Shown in pieces: positions 38,522-48,967 of a stretch of DNA of 64,000 nt. A model generated the notes under the pieces. That model saw nothing but the letters and a program-made list of their open reading frames with translations, did not search any database and was not told the DNA's origin. Each line of letters begins with the position of its first letter. The stretch's first letter is position 1. The stretch is from an uncultured Pseudomonadota bacterium (GTDB lineage: Bacteria; Oederibacteriota; Muellerivitia; Muellerivitales; Muellerivitaceae), in the NCBI GenBank assembly GCA_963843375.1, contig CAWJKT010000004.1, positions 192,001 to 256,000 of the forward strand. The letters run 5' to 3'. A program made the position numbers and the translations under genes.

Positions 38522-40006
38522 ATGTTCATGAAAAATACCGACCATCCCAATCTCCTTCTCGACATCGCTGTGAAGGCCATGGTGGAAAAAGGTTTCGAAC
38601 CCGATTTTCCATCCGACGCCCTGAAACAATTGGCGAGCCTAACCGAACCTTCGCAAAGAGAGGAAGGTTCCCCGAAAGACCTAACTCATCTGCTTTGGTG
38701 CTCCATCGACAACGACGATTCCCGGGACCTGGACCAACTGACGGTGGGTGAAAATCTTCCGGAAAACCGGTTGAAAATTTACGTGGCCGTGGCGGACGTG
38801 GATGAGCTGGTGAAATTAGGAACGCCATTGGACCTTCACGCCAAAAAGAACACCACGTCGGTCTACACAGGCGTCAAAATTTTCCCCATGCTGCCTGAAA
38901 AGCTTTCTACCGACCTGACTTCCCTCAACGAAAACCAAAAGCGAGCGGCTTTGGTCATTGAAATGACCTTGGACGCAGAGGGTCATGTGGCGGTTTCGCT
39001 GGTCTACCGGGCCTGGGTTATAAACAAAGCCAAGCTTACTTATAACGGGATCGGGGCCTGGCTGGAGGGAAGGGGCACCCTACCGCCCACTGCGGCCAAG
39101 GTGACGGGCTTAGCCGAAAACCTGAAATTACAGGATGAAGCCGCCCAGCGACTGAAAAGCCTTCGACATCAACAAGGAGCCTTGGAACTGGAGACCCTCC
39201 AACCCCGTCCGGTGACCCTGGACGGGGAAGTGGTGGACCTGGCGTTGGAGTCCAAGAACCGCGCCGGGGAATTGATCGAGGATTTCATGATCGCGGCCAA
39301 TGGTGTTACCGCTCGCTTCCTGACAACCGCCGGCTTTCCCACCTTGCGCCGGGTGGTCAAGATTCCAGAGCGATGGGATCGTATCGTTTCCGTGGCGCAA
39401 GATCATGGGGAAAAATTGCCGACCGAACCCGACTCCAAGGCCCTCAACGAGTTTCTCCTGCGGCAAAAGAAAAAAGACCCGCTTCGTTTTCCGGACCTGT
39501 CCTTGACCGTCATCAAGCTTATGGGGCGGGGCGAATACGTAACGGAGATGCCAGGCCAGGCGCCCTTGGGCCATTTTGGTCTGGCGGTAAGGGATTACAA
39601 TCACTCCACTGCCCCCAACCGCCGTTACCCGGACCTGATCACCCATCGCCTCATAAAAGCCGCCCTAGTCAAGGAGTCGCCGCCTTACAGACGAGACGAT
39701 CTGAATTCGCTGGCTTTTCATTGCACCCAACAGGAGAACGCCGCGGACAAGGTGGAAAGGCAGGTGCGAAAATCCGCAAGCGCGCTCTTTCTTTCCAAGC
39801 GCATCGGCGAGCATTTCGATGCTTTGGTTACCGGCGCATCGGGCAAGGGCACTTGGATCAGGCTTTTGAAGCCGGTGGTGGAGGGGAAAGTGGTCCAGAA
39901 CACCCGGGGGTTGGACGTGGGGGATCGCATCCGGGTGAAACTGATCAACGTCAATGTGGAGCAGGGTTGGATTGACTTCGCCAATACGGGTCGCGCGGAT
40001 AGGTAG
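38522..40006 (+). CDS. RNB-domain exoribonuclease (short RNase II/R family)
   Basis: SIDNDDSRDLDQ, LIEDFMIAAN and HSTAPNRRYPDL motifs; S1-like C-terminus. Confidence 0.92.
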   Translation: MFMKNTDHPNLLLDIAVKAMVEKGFEPDFPSDALKQLASLTEPSQREEGSPKDLTHLLWCSIDNDDSRDLDQLTVGENLPENRLKIYVAVADVDELVKLGTPLDLHAKKNTTSVYTGVKIFPMLPEKLSTDLTSLNENQKRAALVIEMTLDAEGHVAVSLVYRAWVINKAKLTYNGIGAWLEGRGTLPPTAAKVTGLAENLKLQDEAAQRLKSLRHQQGALELETLQPRPVTLDGEVVDLALESKNRAGELIEDFMIAANGVTARFLTTAGFPTLRRVVKIPERWDRIVSVAQDHGEKLPTEPDSKALNEFLLRQKKKDPLRFPDLSLTVIKLMGRGEYVTEMPGQAPLGHFGLAVRDYNHSTAPNRRYPDLITHRLIKAALVKESPPYRRDDLNSLAFHCTQQENAADKVERQVRKSASALFLSKRIGEHFDALVTGASGKGTWIRLLKPVVEGKVVQNTRGLDVGDRIRVKLINVNVEQGWIDFANTGRADR

Positions 40007-40008
40007 AA

Positions 40009-40290
40009 ATGAAAAAATGCCACGCTTGCGGTGAAATGTGGGAAAGTTCGCCGGGCACCCAACCGGGCCGAAATGAAATCTGCGCCAAATGCGGGGCGGA
40101 TCTTCACTGCTGCCTCAACTGCGGTCTTCACGATGTTTCCCTCCATAACCAATGTTCCAGCCATTCCACCGAGTACGTGAAAGACAAGGAAAAGCGCAAT
40201 TTTTGCGATGAGTTTGAATTCTCCTCCAAAGGCGGCGGAAATAACCCGGGAGGCGGTATGGAAGAAAAATGGAAGGATTTGTTCAAATAA
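40009..40290 (+). CDS. Small Cys-rich (8 Cys) putative zinc-binding protein
   Basis: CHAC, CAKC.ADLHCCLNC, C and NFCDEF; starts 2 nt after the RNB stop. Confidence 0.75.
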   Translation: MKKCHACGEMWESSPGTQPGRNEICAKCGADLHCCLNCGLHDVSLHNQCSSHSTEYVKDKEKRNFCDEFEFSSKGGGNNPGGGMEEKWKDLFK

Positions 40291-40327
40291 AAGGCTAGAA
40301 TCTCCAAACTTTGAAAGGAGGCTTCAA

Positions 40328-40504
40328 ATGAAAAACGTCGAAATGAAAGTGGAAGGCAATATTCTGACCCTCAAAATCGATCTCTCCAAAGAATTCGGGC
40401 CGTCGGCCTCTGGCAAAACCACCATCATTGCATCCACCGAAGGCAATATTTCGGTGCCGGACCGCGATGAGAAGGTTGGATTGAACGTTTATAAAAAGAA
40501 ATAA
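40328..40504 (+). CDS. Small hypothetical protein (58 aa, GPSASGKT.IIAST.GN motif)
   Basis: AGGAGG RBS; MKNVEMKVEGNILTLKIDLSKEFGPSASGKTTIIASTEGN. Confidence 0.8.
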   Translation: MKNVEMKVEGNILTLKIDLSKEFGPSASGKTTIIASTEGNISVPDRDEKVGLNVYKKK

Positions 40505-40519
40505 TTCCAAGGAGACCGC

Positions 40520-42688
40520 ATGCCTAAAGCCCTTTGTCTTTGTGCTTGGATAATGACCTTGGCCGCGCCTGTATTTTCGGCGCAGTTTAGTTCCGTTATC
40601 GATAACGGACCGGTAGGAAAGTTCGAGAAATTCGAAGCAACTTATAATTTGGGCCAAACCTATAAGAACCCTTTTGATCCGGCGCAAATCGACGTGACGG
40701 CGGTCTTTACCTCTCCCTCGGGGTTGACCCACGAAGTGAAAGGGTTCATCTTCCAGGATTTCACCCGCAGCGGCGATTCCAAGTCCGAGATCCTCACCCC
40801 TTTGGGCCCCCGGGTTTGGAAAATACGCTTCGCTCCCGACGAGACAGGCACCTGGACCTACAGCCTGCAAGCCACCGATGCTTCCGGCACCGCCCGGGTT
40901 CCCGTCCGGTCCTTTACCGTGACGTCTTCCACCAACAAAGGCTTTGTGCGCGTTTCCTCCAAGGATCCGGAATATTTCGCATTCGACAACGGCGAACCTT
41001 ATTTTCCCCTGGGTGAAAACATGGGATGGGGCGGCGGTGGTAAAACTTTCGATTACGATAAATGGCTAACCGGCCTTTCGGCGGCGGGTGGAAATTACAT
41101 CCGTCTGTGGCAGGCGCCCTGGAGCACCGAAATCGAATGGGCCTACTCTTACGACGCCGGCACCAAACTTCCGGGGGATTATAGCGACCGGCTGAGGGAG
41201 GCCTGGGAACTGGACTATATCCTTGACCTTTGCGCGCAAAAAAAAGTATATGCGCTTTTGTGTCTCATTAACCACGGTAAGTTTTCCTCCACCACCAACC
41301 CCAATTGGGATAACAATCCCTACAATAAAAAAGCCAACCCCAAGGGCGGTTTTCTGGATACGCCCGACCAGGTTTGGACTAGCCCCTTGGCAAAAGCCTA
41401 TCTGCAGCGTAACTGGCGCTACCTGATCGCCCGTTATGCCCATAACACGTCGTTGGAATCCTGGGAAATTTTTAACGAGATGGAATGGACCGACCATTAT
41501 TCCGACCACGTTTCGGACTCGGTGACATTCCATCAACAGATGGGTAATTTCTTGAAGGCCAACGACCCCTACAAACATTTGGTCACGACTAGCTACGCCA
41601 ACGCGCTCAAATGGCCCACGGGGGTTTGGGACAGCGGGATGCAATTTACCCAGGAGCATAATTACGGTGGATTGGACATGGCCCAAGTGGTGGATTCAAT
41701 CACCTCCCAAATGCGCGCCCGTAATCCGGGAAAACCCTTTTATGTTGGGGAAATGGGGATCGGGGGGGCGGGTGGGTCCGAAAACCAAAAGGATCCCACG
41801 GGTATCTTTATCCACAATACCAATTGGGGATCCTTGACCGCCAAAGCAGCAGGGGGAGGCTTCCCCTGGTGGTGGGATAATTACGTGGATCCCAACAACC
41901 TCTATTGGCGCTGGACGGGAATCGCCGGCTTCCTGACGGGCGAGGATATGGACGCCCACAACTACCAACCGGTGGCGTTCCAAGTGATCACGCCTGGCTT
42001 GTCAGATCTCACTTTTTCACCCGGCAACAATGGCTGGGGGGTGAAGGCCTCCGAAAATCACTTTACCCTGACTTCCGATGGCGGAGTAGTTCCCTCGGAA
42101 TCGAACCTGACGGGTTTCGTCTATAGCACTGCCAAAGCCGAATTCCGAAATCCACCCACTTTTCATATGGACTTGGCCCAATCCGCCAAGTTCCGAGTGA
42201 CGCTTAACACGGTTTCTTCCTGGGGCACACCGAAGTTGACCATCACCTTGGACGGAAAACCCACATCGTTGGCCGACACACCGGTGACAGCCAATGGCAA
42301 TTACGAAATCGACGTACCTGCTGGCACGCATGATTTGTTTGTGGATTCCACGGGCACGGATTGGGTTCAGGTTGCTTCCTATTCGATCAGCCATTACGTC
42401 GGTTCGCTCAGGTGCAAGGCTTTGGAAGGTACGCAGCGGATATTGGGACGGGTGCAGTCGCGTTTCTATACTTTTAGCAATCCCCAGACACCCAAAGTGG
42501 ATGGGGGCAAGCTGGAACTTAAGGGCTTGAACCCCGATGGGAAATGGAACCTTGATTGGTGGGATACGGACAAGGGTGTAAAGACGGGTGGAACCCAGGT
42601 GAATGTGATCCAAGGCGCGGCGGAAGTTCCGTTGCCCGAGATCACTACCGATATCGCCTTTAAGGTTTATTATCCTGAAGGGAAATAG
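40520..42688 (+). CDS. Secreted DUF5060-domain clan GH-A (GH5-like) glycoside hydrolase
   Basis: Signal peptide, NPFDP..IDV.AVF.SPSG...WKIRFAP...G.W.Y (DUF5060), acid/base WEIFNE and nucleophile YVGEMG. Confidence 0.8.
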   Translation: MPKALCLCAWIMTLAAPVFSAQFSSVIDNGPVGKFEKFEATYNLGQTYKNPFDPAQIDVTAVFTSPSGLTHEVKGFIFQDFTRSGDSKSEILTPLGPRVWKIRFAPDETGTWTYSLQATDASGTARVPVRSFTVTSSTNKGFVRVSSKDPEYFAFDNGEPYFPLGENMGWGGGGKTFDYDKWLTGLSAAGGNYIRLWQAPWSTEIEWAYSYDAGTKLPGDYSDRLREAWELDYILDLCAQKKVYALLCLINHGKFSSTTNPNWDNNPYNKKANPKGGFLDTPDQVWTSPLAKAYLQRNWRYLIARYAHNTSLESWEIFNEMEWTDHYSDHVSDSVTFHQQMGNFLKANDPYKHLVTTSYANALKWPTGVWDSGMQFTQEHNYGGLDMAQVVDSITSQMRARNPGKPFYVGEMGIGGAGGSENQKDPTGIFIHNTNWGSLTAKAAGGGFPWWWDNYVDPNNLYWRWTGIAGFLTGEDMDAHNYQPVAFQVITPGLSDLTFSPGNNGWGVKASENHFTLTSDGGVVPSESNLTGFVYSTAKAEFRNPPTFHMDLAQSAKFRVTLNTVSSWGTPKLTITLDGKPTSLADTPVTANGNYEIDVPAGTHDLFVDSTGTDWVQVASYSISHYVGSLRCKALEGTQRILGRVQSRFYTFSNPQTPKVDGGKLELKGLNPDGKWNLDWWDTDKGVKTGGTQVNVIQGAAEVPLPEITTDIAFKVYYPEGK

Positions 42689-42782
42689 CCTTCTTCATAC
42701 GATTTGACTCCTTTGAAATTTTTAATTTTGGAGTCTGAAAAAAGGGTGGAAATGGGGAGCGACTTTCCCCTACACTCGGGCC

Positions 42783-43607
42783 ATGTCATTCAAACCGCCC
42801 AAGCACATCGCTTCTTTCTCCCATGTCACGACCGAGATCCTTTCCTATCTTGGCCTCTCCGATGAAGTGACCACCTTAAAAGAATATTGCGAGGAAGAGC
42901 CTCCGACCAGCGACCGAAATAAACCGGAATATTGGTTCACCATGGCGGAGGGCCGTCTTAAAAGCTTGAGGTCCGATTTGGCCTTGACTTTTTCCGTGGC
43001 CCAACAAGATTTACAGAAGCGGCTGAAAGAAAAGGGTTTCACTGTTCTTCATTTAGACCCCCGTTCGTTGAGGGAAGTCGAGGATTCCTTTATCCAAATT
43101 GGGAAAGCCACGGGAACGCTGGATCAAGCCAAACGATTGGCCCAGGACTTTAACGGGGGCTTGTCAGGCCTTCAATCCAAGATTCCCCTGAACGCATATC
43201 GGCCCAAACTTTACGTCGAGCAATGGAATAAGCCCCCTTCCGCAGCGGGCGGGTGGTACTCCGAATTGATGCCGCTTGTGGGAGCCCATTATTTTCCGAT
43301 GCTGTCCAGAGAACTTAGCCGTTCGGTTAAAATCGAGGAAATGTTGAAATTCGACCCGGAGATCATCGTCTTTTCCGTTTATGGAGCCGGGCTTACTTTC
43401 GATCCCGCAGAGGCCCTGAAAAGGATCGGATGGGAAAAAATCAACGCCGTTAGGAAAAGAAGGATTTTCACCGTTGAAGAAACCCTTTTGAACCGTCCGG
43501 GGCCCCGGCTTGTGGATGGAGCCAAAGTCATCCAGTGGATTCTGGGAGAATCCTTTTGGGGCTGGCCCTTGGTGCAATCCGCTTTCGCGCGCAGGGTCGT
43601 AGATTAA
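42783..43607 (+). CDS. BtuF/helical-backbone-like substrate-binding protein, no signal peptide seen
   Basis: TEILSYLG, L.SDL.L, RPKLYVEQW, DPEIIV, W..INAVR..RI and LNRPGPRLVDG motifs. Confidence 0.75.
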   Translation: MSFKPPKHIASFSHVTTEILSYLGLSDEVTTLKEYCEEEPPTSDRNKPEYWFTMAEGRLKSLRSDLALTFSVAQQDLQKRLKEKGFTVLHLDPRSLREVEDSFIQIGKATGTLDQAKRLAQDFNGGLSGLQSKIPLNAYRPKLYVEQWNKPPSAAGGWYSELMPLVGAHYFPMLSRELSRSVKIEEMLKFDPEIIVFSVYGAGLTFDPAEALKRIGWEKINAVRKRRIFTVEETLLNRPGPRLVDGAKVIQWILGESFWGWPLVQSAFARRVVD

Positions 43608-43836
43608 AGCCGATTTTAAAACTCGCCTAAAAATATGTTTAAATTAGTAAAAATATTGAAAACAAGACATAATTCACACAGTACTTCCCACCAACCTGGT
43701 GAAATGGGTTTTAAATTCCAATAAAAATTTTGTTTTATACTTTGAATTTTACTATCCTAATCCTGTTTTTCGTTTAACCTTAAAATCTACGGTAAAATAT
43801 ATTCAGAGATTTACAGGGGAAGGGGACAATCTTTAA

Positions 43837-44346
43837 ATGAGTCAATTCGATTCTCCGGATGAAGTTCCTTCTTCCTTGCCTAAAATTCCGACCTCCTCCG
43901 AGTTGTACGATTTTTTCAATCCTTTTCTTTTGAATTGGTTGAAATTACCGTCCCAAAAGGTAGATATCCCCGATGACGATATCCAAACGCTTCCTAACGA
44001 GCATAGTCTTCTATTCACTCAACCGATGACTGGCATTTTGGTTCTTCGGACTTCGGATGAATTCGGGAAAGGATTGGCGAAATTGGCCAAGATCAAGGAT
44101 ATTCCTCATGATCTTTTTATGGAAATGATTGTCCTTTTTTGGCATAGGTTCGTTTCCCGTTTTTGGTCGTTGGATAGCCGGACCCTTCCAGCGGCTTCAT
44201 TTAAAAAATCCATTCCCAAGAATTGGCCTGATCGAAAGCCGGATTCCCTATTGATGGTATTCGTGATCCAACAGCCAGTGGAAATTCGTCTTTGGTTCAA
44301 TTTGAGCGAAACAGAGACAGAACGCTGGAAAAAGCGCTCTAATTAA
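43837..44346 (+). CDS. Hypothetical protein, possibly a degenerate CheX-like fold
   Basis: 170-codon ORF with a purine-rich RBS; weak resemblance only (F.QP.TG.LVL...DLFMEM). Confidence 0.5.
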   Translation: MSQFDSPDEVPSSLPKIPTSSELYDFFNPFLLNWLKLPSQKVDIPDDDIQTLPNEHSLLFTQPMTGILVLRTSDEFGKGLAKLAKIKDIPHDLFMEMIVLFWHRFVSRFWSLDSRTLPAASFKKSIPKNWPDRKPDSLLMVFVIQQPVEIRLWFNLSETETERWKKRSN

Positions 44347-44463
44347 GGCCTTCCAACACCACAATCCTTGTTCGTTGATAAGACCAATCCTCTCCGATAA
44401 GATGGTTTTCCTTTTATTGATTTGGCGTGCTCCATTTTCTTCCAGGCGGCTAAGGCGAACGGT

Positions 44464-47400
44464 ATGGAATTTCCATTTGACCAAAAAACTTTTCTTTCTT
44501 TTTTTAATCTTTCATCGGAATTAATGGCGGTTCTGAGGGAAGACGGTTGTTTTTTGGAGATCAGTCCGGCCTGGGAGAAAAGCCTCGGAATTCGCCGCGC
44601 CGAGTTGATTTCAAGTCCTTTTTTTGACCTGATATATCCCGAAGACCTTTCGAAAACTCAAGTTGAGATCCGAAAGCTTTTTACTAGCTCCCAGCCCATC
44701 ATTTTTGAAAATCGATTGCGTCACAAAGATCAAACCCTCCTTTGGTTTCGATGGACGTGCCTTTTTTCCATAGAGGAGGGGCAATTTTATTTAACCGGAA
44801 AAGATATCAGCGACCTCAAGGAAGCCGGGAAAACCTTGGAGGAAAACCGGGCCAAATTCAAACGATTAGCTGAATCAACCACCGAAGGAATCGCCATCCA
44901 CGAAAAGGGCGTTGTTTTAGAGGCCAACTTGGCCCTGGCTCGGATTTTGGGTTATGAAAAGCCCGAGGAACTGATCGGATTGAATGGATTGGATTTTACC
45001 GCCCCCGAATACCGCCAACTCATTCTGACCAGCATTCTTTCGGGGTCGGAGGAACCTTACGAAGTGGTCGGCCTCCGCAAGGATGGGACAAGGTTCAACT
45101 GCCTTATTTCAGGTAAATCGATCCAATTCCAAGGCCGTCCCGCGAGAGTTTCCACTTTCTTGGATATCACCAAGATCAAAAAAAAAGAGCAAGAGCTTTA
45201 TGAAAGCCAGGAGCTGTTCCGGAAACTGACCGAGGCTTCGAAAGATGGCATCGCCGTCAGTGAAAGGGGAGTGGTGCTCATGGCCAATCCCGCCCTCGCC
45301 CTGATGTTCGGGCGCGAGATTTCCGAGATGATAGGTCACAATGCTCTGGAATTCACCGCCCCCGATTTCCGGGAAACTCTTTTAAAAAAGGTCCTGGATG
45401 AGTCAGAAACCAGCTATGAGGTCATGGGTTTACGGAAGGATGGGACCCGGTTTCCTGTGGAAATCACCCCGCGCATGACCACTTACCAGGGACGGCGGGT
45501 CAGGCTGGGTTTCTTTCGGGACATCACCCAGCGCAAGAAGATCGAAGAGGAGATTCTTCGACAGAAGGAATTTACCCAAAACATGATTAACAGCAGCACC
45601 GACGGACTTTTGGCCTTTGACCCGGAATGCCGCTATACCCTTTGGAATCCCGCCATGGAGCGCATCAGTGGACACTCACGGGAAGAGGTGATGGGACAGT
45701 GCGCTTTCGATGTTTTCCCCTTTCTGAAGCAAATCGGGGAGGACGCTCATTTCTATGGTGCGCTGAAAGGGAAGACTTCTTTCGCCCAGGAGAGGCCTTA
45801 TCGCACCCCTGCCGGACGACAGGGATTTTTTGAAGCCCATTACATGCCCATTAAAAACGCGCAGGGCGAAATCCTGGGAGGGTTGGGCATTATTCGTGAC
45901 ATTACGGACCGAAAGAAAACCCAAGAGGCCTTGCGGCAGTCCGAATTGAACTTGAAGGCGGTTTTCCAAAATACATTCCAAAACATCGTTCTCATGGACC
46001 TGGAGGGTCGGATTCGGGCATTCAACAACAACGCCGCCGTGGATATTAAGGAAAACTCCGGAAAGAATCTGGAGATCGGACGGCTCCTCTCCGATTATGT
46101 CCACGCGGAAAACGCCGAGCTTTTAAAAAAGAATCTCGCCCGGGCCCTCCGAGGGGAGGCCGTCCACTTGGAACGGGCCTACCGGATGGGCGATGGCGAA
46201 TCCCACTGGTTCGAACTCAACTATCATCCAGTCTTCGGCGAAGCGGGTGAGATCGAGGGAATCTGTATGACCTCCCTTAATATTGATGGCCGTAAAAAAT
46301 CCGAAGAAGCGGTCCAAAAATCGGAGGCTGACCTAAGGGCGGTCTTCAATAGCAGCCACCGAATGATCATCCTAGCGGGGCGTAACGGCAGAATCCGGGA
46401 ATTCAACCAAAATGCCAAACATGTTTTCCAGGAACTGCTGGGGTTGCGCCTGGAAACAGGACGTCCTTTGGCGGACTATGTCGAGCCTAATTTCCTTAAA
46501 CCTTTCCAGGAAAGGCTTCAAAAGGTTTTCAAGGGCGAGACTGTTCATTTGGAAAGGACTGTCAGGATTAAGGATGGACAAGATGTTTGGTTTGAGTTCG
46601 ATTATAACCCGGTGTTTGAACCGCATGGAAAGGTTACGGGAGCCTGTTTAATCATCACTTCCATTGACGATCGAAAAAAGACAGAAGAGTCCTTGAAGGA
46701 AAGTGAGGAAAAATTCCGGAGAGTTTTTGAGAAAGCCTCAGTGGGAATGACTCTGGTGGACAAAAATTCCCACTTCGCCCATGTCAACCGCGCTTTTTGT
46801 GATTTCCTTGGTTATACGCCGAAGGAACTCATTGGGAGAACCTTCCAAGAAGTCACCTATCCCGACGAACCTTCCAAAAAAATGATCTTCTCGGAGGATG
46901 TTAAAAGTGGAAAAGGATTCCAACGGCAGAAGCGATATCTCCACAAAAATGGAAACGTGCTTTGGGCCAATCTGACCGTCACCAGTTTCTTGGATGAGAA
47001 GGGCGAATTGCTCTACAGTCTGGGCATGGTGGAAGACATAACTCAAAGAAAACTGGCCGAAGAGGCCCTGCGAAAGTCCGAGGAAGAGTTAAGGGCTTTC
47101 TTCAACAGCGGCTCCCAGGTGACCATCTTGATCCGCCCGGATGGGAGGATCCAGGGGTTCAATAAGAGCGCCCAGGTCATGGCTCAACGGGTTCTTGGCC
47201 GCAAAATTGAAAAGGAAATGCTTTTCGTCGAAACCCTCCCTCCTGGCGCGAGCCCGGAGATGTTTCAAATCAGCTTCAACGCCGCCCTAGGGGGCCAAGA
47301 AAGCCAAGCCGAGAGGACCATCCGGTCGGCCGAAGGCAAGGAACGCTGGGTGGAGGTGAAATACCAGCCCGTTTTTAACGATCAGAATGGGGTCGACGGT

Positions 47401-48867
47401 GTTTGTTTCTCGCTTACTTTTATCGATGAGCGCAAGAAAACGGAAGCAGCGCTCAAGGAAAGTCAGGAACGTTTCGAACGACTGACCCAAGTTACGCAGG
47501 AAGGGCTACTCCTCCACGAGAATCCCAAAATCGTGGACGTGAACCCCGCCCTGGCCTCGATGATGGGTTATAGCGCGGAAGAAATGATCGGCAAAAACGG
47601 ATTCGATTTCCTCGCCCAGGAGAGCCACGAAACCGCCCGCCGCCATATGGTAGAAGGTTCTTTTGAGCCCTACGAGGCTTTGGCCCTCCGTAAGGACGGG
47701 AGTGTTTTTCCCATTGAGTTGCAAGGCCGGAACTTCTCCTATAAAGGGAAGGAACTAAGAGTGCTAAGCGTGCGGGACCTTACTTGGCGCAAGGAAACCG
47801 AACGCATTTTAAGGGAAAGCGAGGAAGGGTACCGGGGACTGGTTGAATTCTCGCCCGAGGCGGTCATGGTCCATGATGGAGAAAGAATTCTTTACGTGAA
47901 TCCCGCCGGTGTGCGGATTTTCGGCGCCAAAGACCAGGGGGAGGTGGTAGGACGAAGCATCTGGGACTTAGTGGACTCCGAGTTCCAGGAAATGGCACGC
48001 AAAAGGGTCCATTCCATTCTTAGGGACCGTCGTCCGAGCCAGACCATGGAGCAAAAATGGAGAAGCCTCGACGGTAAACCGGTCGAGGTTGAAGTCAAAG
48101 GCATTCCTTTCACGTTCAGGGGCCACCCGTCCATTATGACTATTCTTCGAGATGTCACGGAAAGCAAGAAAAACCACCAAACTCTTCTACGCTATGAACG
48201 TCTGGCCGCGGTGGGGAAAGTCATCGCCGCCATCGCCCACGATGTTCGCAATCCCCTGGCGGTGCTTTCGGGCATGAGTCAGATCCTCACGGCCAAATTG
48301 GAAGCCCGGAAGGAATATTCACAGGAATTGCAAACCATTCTGACTCAAGCGGACCGTCTCAAATATTTTATGAATGATATTTTGGATTATTCCCGGGAAA
48401 TGGAAATTCGGAAATCCGAAATAGATCCCAGGACCGTTCTGGAAGAATCTCTGGTAGTGGCCCAATCCCAAGCGGGATCCAAACAGGGTTCGGTCCAAGT
48501 GGAGTGGAAATGCGCTAAGGACTTGCCCCGTCTTTTCGCTGATGGCGAAAGGCTTGAACAGGTGATGATGAACCTCATGGTGAATGCTTATCAAGCGGTC
48601 GGGGAGGGTGGATGCATTCGCCTCTCGGCCGAGCTAAGGGAAGGAAAGATGCTCTTGGGAGTCGAGGATAATGGGTCTGGCATCAGCGAAGCCGATATGC
48701 CGCGGCTGTTCGAGCCTTTTTTCACCACCAAAAAACATGGGTCGGGTTTAGGCCTTTCCATCAGCCAAAAGATCGCCGAGGCCCATGGGGGAAAGATCGA
48801 GGTCGAACGTTTGAAGCCCAATGGAACAAAGTTTATCGTGGAGCTGCCTCTGGGAAAGGAACACTAG
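44464..48867 (+). CDS. Cytoplasmic sensor histidine kinase with about 10 PAS domains
   Basis: Repeated PAS/PAC units ending DIT/DIS/ID.RK, H-box IAHDVRNPL, N-box NLMVNA, DNGSG and FEPFFTTKKHGSGLGL. No TM or receiver domain. Confidence 0.95.
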   Translation: MEFPFDQKTFLSFFNLSSELMAVLREDGCFLEISPAWEKSLGIRRAELISSPFFDLIYPEDLSKTQVEIRKLFTSSQPIIFENRLRHKDQTLLWFRWTCLFSIEEGQFYLTGKDISDLKEAGKTLEENRAKFKRLAESTTEGIAIHEKGVVLEANLALARILGYEKPEELIGLNGLDFTAPEYRQLILTSILSGSEEPYEVVGLRKDGTRFNCLISGKSIQFQGRPARVSTFLDITKIKKKEQELYESQELFRKLTEASKDGIAVSERGVVLMANPALALMFGREISEMIGHNALEFTAPDFRETLLKKVLDESETSYEVMGLRKDGTRFPVEITPRMTTYQGRRVRLGFFRDITQRKKIEEEILRQKEFTQNMINSSTDGLLAFDPECRYTLWNPAMERISGHSREEVMGQCAFDVFPFLKQIGEDAHFYGALKGKTSFAQERPYRTPAGRQGFFEAHYMPIKNAQGEILGGLGIIRDITDRKKTQEALRQSELNLKAVFQNTFQNIVLMDLEGRIRAFNNNAAVDIKENSGKNLEIGRLLSDYVHAENAELLKKNLARALRGEAVHLERAYRMGDGESHWFELNYHPVFGEAGEIEGICMTSLNIDGRKKSEEAVQKSEADLRAVFNSSHRMIILAGRNGRIREFNQNAKHVFQELLGLRLETGRPLADYVEPNFLKPFQERLQKVFKGETVHLERTVRIKDGQDVWFEFDYNPVFEPHGKVTGACLIITSIDDRKKTEESLKESEEKFRRVFEKASVGMTLVDKNSHFAHVNRAFCDFLGYTPKELIGRTFQEVTYPDEPSKKMIFSEDVKSGKGFQRQKRYLHKNGNVLWANLTVTSFLDEKGELLYSLGMVEDITQRKLAEEALRKSEEELRAFFNSGSQVTILIRPDGRIQGFNKSAQVMAQRVLGRKIEKEMLFVETLPPGASPEMFQISFNAALGGQESQAERTIRSAEGKERWVEVKYQPVFNDQNGVDGVCFSLTFIDERKKTEAALKESQERFERLTQVTQEGLLLHENPKIVDVNPALASMMGYSAEEMIGKNGFDFLAQESHETARRHMVEGSFEPYEALALRKDGSVFPIELQGRNFSYKGKELRVLSVRDLTWRKETERILRESEEGYRGLVEFSPEAVMVHDGERILYVNPAGVRIFGAKDQGEVVGRSIWDLVDSEFQEMARKRVHSILRDRRPSQTMEQKWRSLDGKPVEVEVKGIPFTFRGHPSIMTILRDVTESKKNHQTLLRYERLAAVGKVIAAIAHDVRNPLAVLSGMSQILTAKLEARKEYSQELQTILTQADRLKYFMNDILDYSREMEIRKSEIDPRTVLEESLVVAQSQAGSKQGSVQVEWKCAKDLPRLFADGERLEQVMMNLMVNAYQAVGEGGCIRLSAELREGKMLLGVEDNGSGISEADMPRLFEPFFTTKKHGSGLGLSISQKIAEAHGGKIEVERLKPNGTKFIVELPLGKEH

Positions 48868-48967
48868 CCGCAGTCCCACGCTGTTCATCCAGGGTTCAAA
48901 AATTGAAAACGGCGCCCGACTCCTTTTTATAAATGAATCAATAAAAATCACTTCAAAGGTTACTTGA

